A DNA stretch of 64,000 bases, from positions 935 through 64,934 of the IMG/VR virus record IMGVR_UViG_3300023175_000030. One strand, written 5' to 3'. Origin of the DNA: a virus (lineage: Duplodnaviria > Caudoviricetes). The position numbers were made by a program, and so were the translations under genes. Positions 8,061 through 15,655 of the stretch are shown piece after piece. The notes beneath the pieces are model-generated. The model was not told where the DNA came from. It ran no database searches and worked only from the letters and a program-made list of their open reading frames with translations. The stretch's first letter is position 1; every line of letters begins with the position of its first letter.

Positions 8061-8627
8061 TTATATTGAAGTAGAATACTTGCATATGAAATAAGAATCC
8101 ACTACATCTGATATAGGATTTCCTATTTTTTCTGATTTTTGTGAAAATTCTTCTATAAGGTTTCTTGATGTTTCATTGAAAAATGATTCATACATCAATT
8201 CTTTTTTTGCATTTCCTTTACCAGTTGCAAATTTTTTTATTTGAGTTGGTGCAACCAAAGTAAACTTAATGTCTGATTGCCACATTTTGTATTTTAGAAG
8301 TCCACAGTTTTCTGCAATATGGAAAACCTTTCCAGTAGAACCATAACTATAATCCTCAAGAAAGACTTCCTCAACTTCATGAGAAATTAGAATATCCATT
8401 GCCCAATCAGATATAAAATCATACCTTTCTTCAGGCGTGGAAAAGTTGGACAGATTTTCTTGTCCATCTAAATTTTTATAATTGTAATCTGAAAATTTTT
8501 TTGTGTTTGATAAGAAATATATCTTACAATTATCAAACTTTATTTTTTCAACCTCTCCCTCATATACACATACAGAAGGAGAGGTCAAACTATAATCAAT
8601 TCCTGCTATTCTTCGAATTCTTCCCAT
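8061..8627 (-). CDS. RuvC-like Holliday junction resolvase
   Basis: IAGIDYSLTSP, VFLEDYSYG, P..IKKFATGKGNAKK, SDVVDSY acidic catalytic motifs. Confidence 0.8.
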   Translation of the reverse strand: MGRIRRIAGIDYSLTSPSVCVYEGEVEKIKFDNCKIYFLSNTKKFSDYNYKNLDGQENLSNFSTPEERYDFISDWAMDILISHEVEEVFLEDYSYGSTGKVFHIAENCGLLKYKMWQSDIKFTLVAPTQIKKFATGKGNAKKELMYESFFNETSRNLIEEFSQKSEKIGNPISDVVDSYFICKYSTSI

Positions 8628-8773
8628 TCATCTTCATCCATATAGTCATCCTCTTCTATATTTATATAGTCTTCTAGAGGTTCACCACAGACTGGACAAA
8701 AACGAATTTGTTCGGAATTATGGGTTTCTATTGTATATTCTCCAGCACACAAATTACAGCCTATTTTTTGCAT
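8606..8773 (-). CDS. small zinc-ribbon protein with acidic tail (55 aa)
   Basis: Manual translation MQKIGCNLCAGEYTIETHNSEQIRFCPVCGEPLEDYINIEEDDYMDEDEWEEFEE; AAGGA SD. Confidence 0.7.
   Translation of the reverse strand: MQKIGCNLCAGEYTIETHNSEQIRFCPVCGEPLEDYINIEEDDYMDEDEWEEFEE
8659..8666 (-). promoter_or_regulatory. T4 late promoter TATAAATA upstream of RuvC-like gene
   Basis: Exact gp55 consensus about 30 nt before the start at 8627. Confidence 0.6.
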
Positions 8774-8784
8774 TTATTATTCCT

Positions 8785-10020
8785 TTATGCTGCGTAGGCT
8801 TCTTCCCAAGTTCCTTTCAACCCTGCTACTTCATATTCAGTCACACGATTCTCAAAGAAATTAGTATGATCTGCACCATTAAGAATCCACTCTAACCAAG
8901 GTAGAGGATTTTCTTTTACTTTAAAATTGGTTTTAAGGCCCAACTGAAGAAGTCTTCTGTCTGTTATATATCTAATATAAGTTTTTACATCATCGGAACT
9001 GAGTCCATCTATATCACCAAGATTATAGGCAAGGTCAATAAATTTATCTTCAAGTTCTACTGACATTCGTGCCATTTCATAAATTTCTTTTTTAAAGGAA
9101 TCATCAACAATTCTAGAGTGTTCGTTGCAGTATGTTCTGAAAAGTTTTGAAACACCCTCAACATGCATAGATTCATCACGAATACTCCATTCGACAACTT
9201 TACCCATACCCTTCATCTTACCATAACGTTGAAAATTCAACAACATTACAAATGAAGCAAATAGTGCAACACCTTCATTGAATACTGCCTTTGCAAGCGC
9301 CAAACCCAAACCTCTCACCGTAGATGGGTCAGAAGCCGTCATAAAATCAACCTTATCCGTCATTTCATCATATTCTAAGAATGCATGATATTCACTATCT
9401 GGAAGTCCAAGAGTATCATTGAGTAGAGCATATGCACGTTGGTGGATTCCTTCTCTCGTTGCAAATGAACCCAACATGTTGCGAACTTCGTTATTTTTAA
9501 ATTTTGGAATAAACTGTTCAAAATAATTTTTACCAACCTCAACATCAGATTGTGTAAAAAGTCTTAAGATGTTTGTAATATAATCTTTTTCAACTTCTGT
9601 AACTCTACCAGTTTTCCAATCAGTCACATCTTCAGAAAGGTCAACTTCATCTTCAATCCAGTGAGCCTTTTCGTGTCTAGTAGTAATTTCTACTGCCCAA
9701 GGATAAAAAAATGGTTTGTATGCAATAGATGGTTTCATCAATCCACCAGATAATTTTTTCATTATCTTTTCTGCGTTATTCATCAAATCATCATAACCAC
9801 CAAGACGTTTTCCATCCACAAAAATTTGTGGCATAGAATTTACAGGTTTTGCAGTATTTGCAATTGTTTCCTTTACACCATTTAATCTTTGATAAAATTG
9901 TAAACGTTGTTCTTCATCATCTAATACGATTTCTGAAAAACTGATACCGTGGTCATCAAACCAACTTTTTGCCTTTACACAAAAGGGACAACCTGATTTT
10001 GAATATAACTGAACTTCCAT
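8785..10020 (-). CDS. nrdB: class I ribonucleotide reductase beta subunit with N-terminal glutaredoxin domain
   Basis: N-terminal YSKSGCPFC...MPQIFVDGKRLGGYDDL (Grx) fused in frame to ferritin-like R2 (FTQSD, REGIHQRAY, EGVALF, RDESMH, NFFE.RVTEY); start ATG 10020 with GAGG SD. Confidence 0.92.
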   Translation of the reverse strand: MEVQLYSKSGCPFCVKAKSWFDDHGISFSEIVLDDEEQRLQFYQRLNGVKETIANTAKPVNSMPQIFVDGKRLGGYDDLMNNAEKIMKKLSGGLMKPSIAYKPFFYPWAVEITTRHEKAHWIEDEVDLSEDVTDWKTGRVTEVEKDYITNILRLFTQSDVEVGKNYFEQFIPKFKNNEVRNMLGSFATREGIHQRAYALLNDTLGLPDSEYHAFLEYDEMTDKVDFMTASDPSTVRGLGLALAKAVFNEGVALFASFVMLLNFQRYGKMKGMGKVVEWSIRDESMHVEGVSKLFRTYCNEHSRIVDDSFKKEIYEMARMSVELEDKFIDLAYNLGDIDGLSSDDVKTYIRYITDRRLLQLGLKTNFKVKENPLPWLEWILNGADHTNFFENRVTEYEVAGLKGTWEEAYAA

Positions 10021-10031
10021 TTTTTTCCTCT

Positions 10032-11792
10032 TTATCCTTGACATGCAAGACATTCATCTTGCGAGTCCTCTGTTGTTTGTTGTGAAGCAAAGTCTTGCAA
10101 AGCTTCTCTTTCGATCTTTTGTGCAACATTTTCTGCACGATTTGATGTTTCGGTTCTCAAATAATAAAGTCCCTTACATCCCTGTCTCCATGCCTCATAA
10201 TGAATTTTATGGAGATATGCCTTGGTTGCCCCTGCAGGGAAGAATACATTCAATGACTGTCCCTGACAAAGATATTTTTGTCTATCACCGGCTAGTTCAA
10301 TTACTTTTAATTGATCTATCTCAATTGCAGTTTTAAATACATTTTTAATATGTTCATCTAAATTCAAATGTTGAATAGAACCACCATTTGTAATAATAGA
10401 AGACCAAATCTCTTCTGTATTCATACCAACCTTTTCAAGTTCTTCTTCCAAGTAAGAGTTTTTAATCAAATGAGATCCCGCTCTAGTCCTGTGCGTGTAT
10501 GCATTTGCCTTAGATGGTTCAATCGAAGGTGATGTTCCTGCAATAATAGAACTGTTTGCGTTTGGGGCAATTGCAAGGAGATGAGAATTTCTCACACCAT
10601 ATCCTTTCATGTCTGGACACTCACCCTTTTCGATAGCAATTTCTTTAGTAGATTCTACCGCCTGTTCTTTAATTCTTTTGAACATCTCTTCATTTATAAT
10701 TTTTGCATCGTCTGATTCAAATGGAACTCTATGTCTATGTAAATATGAATGGAACCCCATTGCACCAAGTCCAAGAGATCTTTCTTGTTCTGCAGAATAT
10801 TTTGCTCTACTAATTTCATCTGGTGCATGGTCAATAAAATATTGAAGAACATTGTCCAAAAATTTAATCAAGTCTTTTACTAAAGATGTGTCTTTCCACT
10901 CATCATATAATTCTAAATTTAGTGAAGAGAGACAACACACAGCAGTTCTGTCATCTGATGTTGGCAGATGAATTTCGTTGCAAAGATTTGAACCATGGAT
11001 TTTTAAACCTTTATCTTGCATAGGAGATGGCAATGCACGATTTGCCGTATCGATAAAGTTTAAATAAGGCTCTCCTGTTCTGTATCTAACTTCTAACAAT
11101 TGTTCCCAAAGTTTACGAGCCTGTGTTGTATCTCTTACTGATTTATCAGCGGGGTCAATAAGATCCCAATTTTCATCATTCCTCACTGCTCTCATAAAAT
11201 TATCTGTAATGTTAACCGCATGATGAATATTAAAACATTTTCTATTCACATCCCCTGTTGGTACACGAATATTAAGAAACTCTATAATGTCTGGGTGATC
11301 GATATCAATATAAGCAGCGTAAGAACCCTTACGAGTGCGACCCTGACGATATGCAGTCATATCTGCATCAACAGTCCTAAGAAAAGGAATAGGGCCTGGC
11401 GCCTTATTAGATACCGACCTAACATGTGACCAGTGTCCTCCGACACCACCACCTTTAACTGACAACCATCTCAATTCAGATGAGTGGTCGATAAGTCCCT
11501 CTAGGGTATCTGGCACATATGCCAAGAAACACGAAATGGGCAACGCCTTGGCCTTCTCTCCATACTTTGGAGCGTTTGATAAAACTGGAGAAGAATACAT
11601 GAACCATCCCTTAGACACTGCATCATAAATCGACTTAGCAAGTTTTTTGTCGCCATAACTATACGCAATTGCAGCTCTAGCAAACGCATCTTGTGGGGAT
11701 TTTTCTTCTTCTGTGCAGTAGTAGTCTTTTAATAATTTTAGGGATTGTTCGGAAAAGTTGGCATCTCGTTCATAATCGATTTTTATTTTCAT
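10032..11792 (-). CDS. nrdA: class I ribonucleotide reductase alpha subunit (compact, no ATP-cone)
   Basis: PISCF, GSNLCNEI, VCCLSS, LAIAPNANSS, LYYLR and C-terminal CLACQG. Confidence 0.95.
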   Translation of the reverse strand: MKIKIDYERDANFSEQSLKLLKDYYCTEEEKSPQDAFARAAIAYSYGDKKLAKSIYDAVSKGWFMYSSPVLSNAPKYGEKAKALPISCFLAYVPDTLEGLIDHSSELRWLSVKGGGVGGHWSHVRSVSNKAPGPIPFLRTVDADMTAYRQGRTRKGSYAAYIDIDHPDIIEFLNIRVPTGDVNRKCFNIHHAVNITDNFMRAVRNDENWDLIDPADKSVRDTTQARKLWEQLLEVRYRTGEPYLNFIDTANRALPSPMQDKGLKIHGSNLCNEIHLPTSDDRTAVCCLSSLNLELYDEWKDTSLVKDLIKFLDNVLQYFIDHAPDEISRAKYSAEQERSLGLGAMGFHSYLHRHRVPFESDDAKIINEEMFKRIKEQAVESTKEIAIEKGECPDMKGYGVRNSHLLAIAPNANSSIIAGTSPSIEPSKANAYTHRTRAGSHLIKNSYLEEELEKVGMNTEEIWSSIITNGGSIQHLNLDEHIKNVFKTAIEIDQLKVIELAGDRQKYLCQGQSLNVFFPAGATKAYLHKIHYEAWRQGCKGLYYLRTETSNRAENVAQKIEREALQDFASQQTTEDSQDECLACQG

Positions 11793-11807
11793 TGTTACCT
11801 CTTTATC

Positions 11808-12824
11808 CTAACATTTTTTCCACTGAGAATATCTTAATTTTGCTTCAAGATCATCAACGGTATTTTTACTTATAATGTCCATTAATTCTAAAGTGTCCAT
11901 TCCAGACAGAATAATGTCATTAATATCTTTTTCTTTAATATTTTCTGGCCATATTACAACCTTGAAACCATCATTGATAATCTTTGACAGTTTATCCACA
12001 ATCTGTTTGTTTCTTGGTTCGTTGTCAAGTATAAAGACTACATCAGAAAAGTCACTGAAGTATGATTTGTCTATATCACTTCCTGCCATGGCAAGAGAGT
12101 TGTCCACAAATAAAGAGTCTAATGGCCCCTCTACTATATAGACTGTTTTTTCTGGGTCAACACGTTCCAACCCATAAATTTTTGGCACTTCTTTGATTTT
12201 TATTGTGATATATCTCATCGAAGAATTTGGATTGAGACTTCTACCTTGTAAGGCAATCAACTCACATTTTTCATTAAAGAAGGGTATAACAATTCTTTTA
12301 TCAAATTTCTGAAGATTATATCCTTCTTTACTAACTTTGTCAACAACAGATTTAAAATCATCTGTATAATATAACAATTCTTGATTTGGTAAATTTCTTT
12401 GATCGCAATATTTTTTCGCTGGATGTGATTGGTGCAGGTCAGAAACTTTCTCTCCACAATCAAAAGAACACTTGGATTTAAAGGTAGGAGTAAAGTCAAA
12501 CTTGTAGTCTACATCTTTTTCAAAGTTACCTTTAGTTTTACCACTCTGTCCATCTTTCCATTTTTCAATTGCATACTCTTCATATAAGGATGGGTTTACC
12601 TCTTTCATAAATTGTGCAAGGCCCATACTTGCACCGCAATTGTGGCACATGTATCTGAAGTTATTTTTCTTTTCGTAGAGAAACCCCCTCATCTTATAAG
12701 TTTTCTTTTTAGAGTCACCACAAATAGGACACCTAAAGTTATACAGGGTGTCTCTTTTTTTGGTAAAACCTTCTAGTTGGGGGGAAAGCCTTTGGATAAA
12801 GGTTCGGTCAATATAAAGCATCAA
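11808..12824 (-). CDS. gp61: DNA primase gp61
   Basis: Zn finger RCPICGDS...CHNCG, TOPRIM VEGPLDS, DNEPRN, KDIND. Confidence 0.93.
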   Translation of the reverse strand: MMLYIDRTFIQRLSPQLEGFTKKRDTLYNFRCPICGDSKKKTYKMRGFLYEKKNNFRYMCHNCGASMGLAQFMKEVNPSLYEEYAIEKWKDGQSGKTKGNFEKDVDYKFDFTPTFKSKCSFDCGEKVSDLHQSHPAKKYCDQRNLPNQELLYYTDDFKSVVDKVSKEGYNLQKFDKRIVIPFFNEKCELIALQGRSLNPNSSMRYITIKIKEVPKIYGLERVDPEKTVYIVEGPLDSLFVDNSLAMAGSDIDKSYFSDFSDVVFILDNEPRNKQIVDKLSKIINDGFKVVIWPENIKEKDINDIILSGMDTLELMDIISKNTVDDLEAKLRYSQWKKC

Positions 12825-12832
12825 TCATTCCA

Positions 12833-12869
12833 AAATAAAAAAATAGTGTAGTTTCTGTATACTACACTA
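12833..12869 (-). terminator. intrinsic terminator ending the late block; overlaps primase promoter
   Basis: Minus strand TAGTGTAGT-atacagaa-ACTACACTA followed by T7. Confidence 0.65.
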
Positions 12870-12887
12870 ATATAGGGGATAAGTCAA
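12859..12887 (-). promoter_or_regulatory. sigma70-like promoter TTGACT-N17-TAGTAT for gp61-nrdAB
   Basis: Near-consensus elements. Confidence 0.6.
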
Positions 12888-12895
12888 GTAATTTT

Positions 12896-13184
12896 TAACC
12901 CATCATGTATAAATTTGCGGCGATAGAGGAGACTGCGGCGGCAAAATAACCCAAAATGCCTTTTGGAATACTGCAGTTGTTCTAGAATTTTCTTCTACTT
13001 TGAGGGTTAAGGTGTCTAGTTTTTCTGAAAAACGATTTAGTCTTTCATATTGTGAAGCATATTTTTGTTCCATGCCAGCAAGTTTTTCTTCTGCTCTAGC
13101 AATAGAAATCATCGCTTCGGACAACTTATCAATTTTTTCTTCAATTCTATCTAGTCTGTTTTCAGTTACAGTTTCTTGTGGCAT
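12896..13184 (-). CDS. coiled-coil protein with probable C-terminal TM anchor (XhlA/holin-like); apparent -1 frameshift near 12943-12946
   Basis: Zero frame ends ...AFWVILPPQSPLSPQIYT (12903); the -1 frame gives ...AFWVIFAAAVSSIAANLYMMG* (stop 12896-12898), a TM-like helix; next to a spanin-like pair. Confidence 0.55.
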
Positions 13185-13213
13185 TTTTAAATCCTAAAAA
13201 ATATTACTTTTAT

Positions 13214-13564
13214 TTATTTATTTTTTTCATAATAATTTTTATATTCTATGATTATTACTCTCTGTTCTCCGATATACCTTTTCATATCGTTAACAACCAA
13301 TGATAAATTCTTATAAGATTCTTCATCGACTGCGAACAGGGCAACACTTTTACCACCTTCTCTGAGTTTTTTCAACACATCTTCATAATTTTCTGGGGTA
13401 ACAACCAAAAATTCAAAATCTACCCAATTTACAGGTTTTGGCATGGGAAGGTCCAAAGGAACCTTTTCTGTAAAAACCTGTTCTGTAACAATAACCTCTT
13501 TTGGCGTAAATACAGAACATCCCGCCAATAAGAAAATTGAAGACATTAGTATGTATTTATTCAT
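13214..13564 (-). CDS. lipoprotein, o-spanin (Rz1-like) candidate
   Basis: Lipobox LLAGC after a short signal peptide, Pro-rich segment, follows i-spanin-like gene. Confidence 0.65.
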   Translation of the reverse strand: MNKYILMSSIFLLAGCSVFTPKEVIVTEQVFTEKVPLDLPMPKPVNWVDFEFLVVTPENYEDVLKKLREGGKSVALFAVDEESYKNLSLVVNDMKRYIGEQRVIIIEYKNYYEKNK

Positions 13565-13968
13565 TATTTACTTTCCACTATACTTTCTGAAGTCAATTCT
13601 TCTATCCCTGCCTTTAAACTATTTTCAATATCCTTATTGATAATTCGTTGGACAAGTCCAGGCTTATTTTCAGCAAGATAACCAAGGTCATGTTCTGATA
13701 ATTTATTTCTTAGGACATCAACTTCGCCGTTTAACTTTCTACTTTCTTCCGTTACTCTACTATTTACTTCTCTAACTTGTACAATTTCTTCATTCAATCT
13801 ATTAATTTCTTGATCTTTGGAATTTACAGCTGTCTCTAACAATACATTATTTTTAGTTAGTCTGTCAACATCTTCTTGTAAATTTTTTACATATAAGTAA
13901 CCACCACCAGCAACCGATAGTAGTAATAATAAAACAGCAATTTTTGCTCCACTAAAAATACCCATCAT
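13564..13968 (-). CDS. i-spanin (Rz-like) candidate
   Basis: Single N-terminal TM helix followed by a long coiled coil. Confidence 0.65.
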   Translation of the reverse strand: MMGIFSGAKIAVLLLLLSVAGGGYLYVKNLQEDVDRLTKNNVLLETAVNSKDQEINRLNEEIVQVREVNSRVTEESRKLNGEVDVLRNKLSEHDLGYLAENKPGLVQRIINKDIENSLKAGIEELTSESIVESK

Positions 13969-14870
13969 AAATCTCTGTGTAAAATTATCATTGTTCCGTG
14001 TTGTTGATCTTGTAAAACTACTCTTTTATGAGGATTTGATTTTATATATCTTCTGATATCAGCAGCATCATCTTTTTCGATGAAGTTCTCCCATCTACCA
14101 TACTTCTTTTTACCTCTCATAAATTTGTTAAAAGAATCTGGTTTTACTTTGAATATTTTCATTCCTGCAAATTGATGTGGATCTTGAATAAACCCACCAA
14201 CATTAGAAGAATCTCCTACTACATTTGCAATATCTTCGACAACAAATTCTTCTGCTATTTCTGGATATGTTTGTTTCATAATCTTTGCAAGAGTTCTTCC
14301 ATCTACTCCAGAATATGTTTTTGCAATCTGATCAGAATAATAATTAATACTGTGTCTTAAACCTCTTCGCCCACTTTCTTTCTTTTTTCTCTGCAAAACT
14401 TTTAACAAAGTATCAAGTGCATGGTCATATACTTTCTTTTTACCAGTTTTTGATTTAACAGAATTTATCACATCATTATACCACATTTCATTTAAAGGTT
14501 CAACCTCTTTGTTATGGTATTCTTCTTCTAAAATATTAATATAGTCTAACAATGCAACTTCTAACAACTGCAAATCTTCTTGTTTTAAATTCTCTTTGTT
14601 TTCTTTAAGAAGTGCCATTGCGGCGGCATAAGTCGCAATTCTAGATCTACCGCCTGGAAACTTTTCTAAAATTCTTTTGAGATTAAAAATAATCTTATGG
14701 AAAACAGTAAATGATTTTTTTTCTGCATCTGTTTTCAGTTGATTGGATTTTTTCAATTTGTTTCCCTTATCATCAATAACACCATTCTTAAACGCCTCAG
14801 TTTCATTCCAAGGCGTTGTTAGAAGTTTAATAAATTGATATGCAAGGTAGGCATTAAATACTGATGCCAT
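13965..14870 (-). CDS. conserved T4-like late hypothetical protein
   Basis: AYQFIKLLTTPW..TEAFK.GVID..G N-terminal domain; internal PLNE/VVED junction-like sites. Confidence 0.8.
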   Translation of the reverse strand: MASVFNAYLAYQFIKLLTTPWNETEAFKNGVIDDKGNKLKKSNQLKTDAEKKSFTVFHKIIFNLKRILEKFPGGRSRIATYAAAMALLKENKENLKQEDLQLLEVALLDYINILEEEYHNKEVEPLNEMWYNDVINSVKSKTGKKKVYDHALDTLLKVLQRKKKESGRRGLRHSINYYSDQIAKTYSGVDGRTLAKIMKQTYPEIAEEFVVEDIANVVGDSSNVGGFIQDPHQFAGMKIFKVKPDSFNKFMRGKKKYGRWENFIEKDDAADIRRYIKSNPHKRVVLQDQQHGTMIILHRDL

Positions 14871-15265
14871 TATATCTCTCCTAGAATTTGTGTTATGTGA
14901 CTGTCTCTTTCAATCATACTACTATCAATAATTTTACCATTAATTCCTTCAATTTTATTTGGCAATCTGTTTAGAAACTCCAAAAAAGTTGCAAGAATAT
15001 AATGTTGGTCTTCATCAATTTTCAAAAACAAAACTCTATTACAAGGCAATGTATTTAATACATTTAGTAATACTACTAAGTGATTTATTATCAACCGTTC
15101 CTTCAAAATACCTTTAGTATGATACTTATGAAAAAGTCTCTTGACATATTTTATTCTTTTCATGTCATCAAGAAACTCTTCCATACTATGGCATTGAGGA
15201 TTATCATAATGTTTCATTTGATAGTTGGCTACATTTGTCTCCGTCAAATTTTCAAATTTTTCCAT
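14870..15265 (-). CDS. conserved T4-like hypothetical protein
   Basis: HYDNPQC..MEEF.DD.KRIKY.KRL...L.ERLI.NH motif. Confidence 0.8.
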   Translation of the reverse strand: MEKFENLTETNVANYQMKHYDNPQCHSMEEFLDDMKRIKYVKRLFHKYHTKGILKERLIINHLVVLLNVLNTLPCNRVLFLKIDEDQHYILATFLEFLNRLPNKIEGINGKIIDSSMIERDSHITQILGEI

Positions 15266-15283
15266 GTTATATTTCTTTTATTA

Positions 15284-15643
15284 TTATGGTAAAACCTCTG
15301 TTAATTCAGCGATCAAATCTTCTTTCTTTTTTCTTCTGTCCAATTCAATCCCATGTTCTCTACCAAGAGATTCTAATTCAAGTTTAGTTAAATCTGTCAA
15401 TTCGGCAGGCCTATCAGATTCCTCTGAATCGGATTCTTCAGAACCAGATTCTGGTGTTTCAACAACCTCTACCTTTTTCTTCGCAGCAGATTTTTTCTTT
15501 GGTGGAGCAAGATCATCAATCTTATCTTTTAATCCATTAATTTTTTTGTATACTTCACCAGTTTTTTCGTTTTCCCATCCACGATTGGTTGCTACTGCGT
15601 TTTTCATCCACTTCGCTGGGGATGCCCATTTAGGTAATGACAT
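15284..15643 (-). CDS. hypothetical protein with C-terminal Rho_N/HeH-like nucleic-acid-binding motif
   Basis: LTKLELESLGREHGIELDRRKKKEDLIAEL; low-complexity linker. Confidence 0.7.
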   Translation of the reverse strand: MSLPKWASPAKWMKNAVATNRGWENEKTGEVYKKINGLKDKIDDLAPPKKKSAAKKKVEVVETPESGSEESDSEESDRPAELTDLTKLELESLGREHGIELDRRKKKEDLIAELTEVLP

Positions 15644-15655
15644 TTAATTTCTCCT

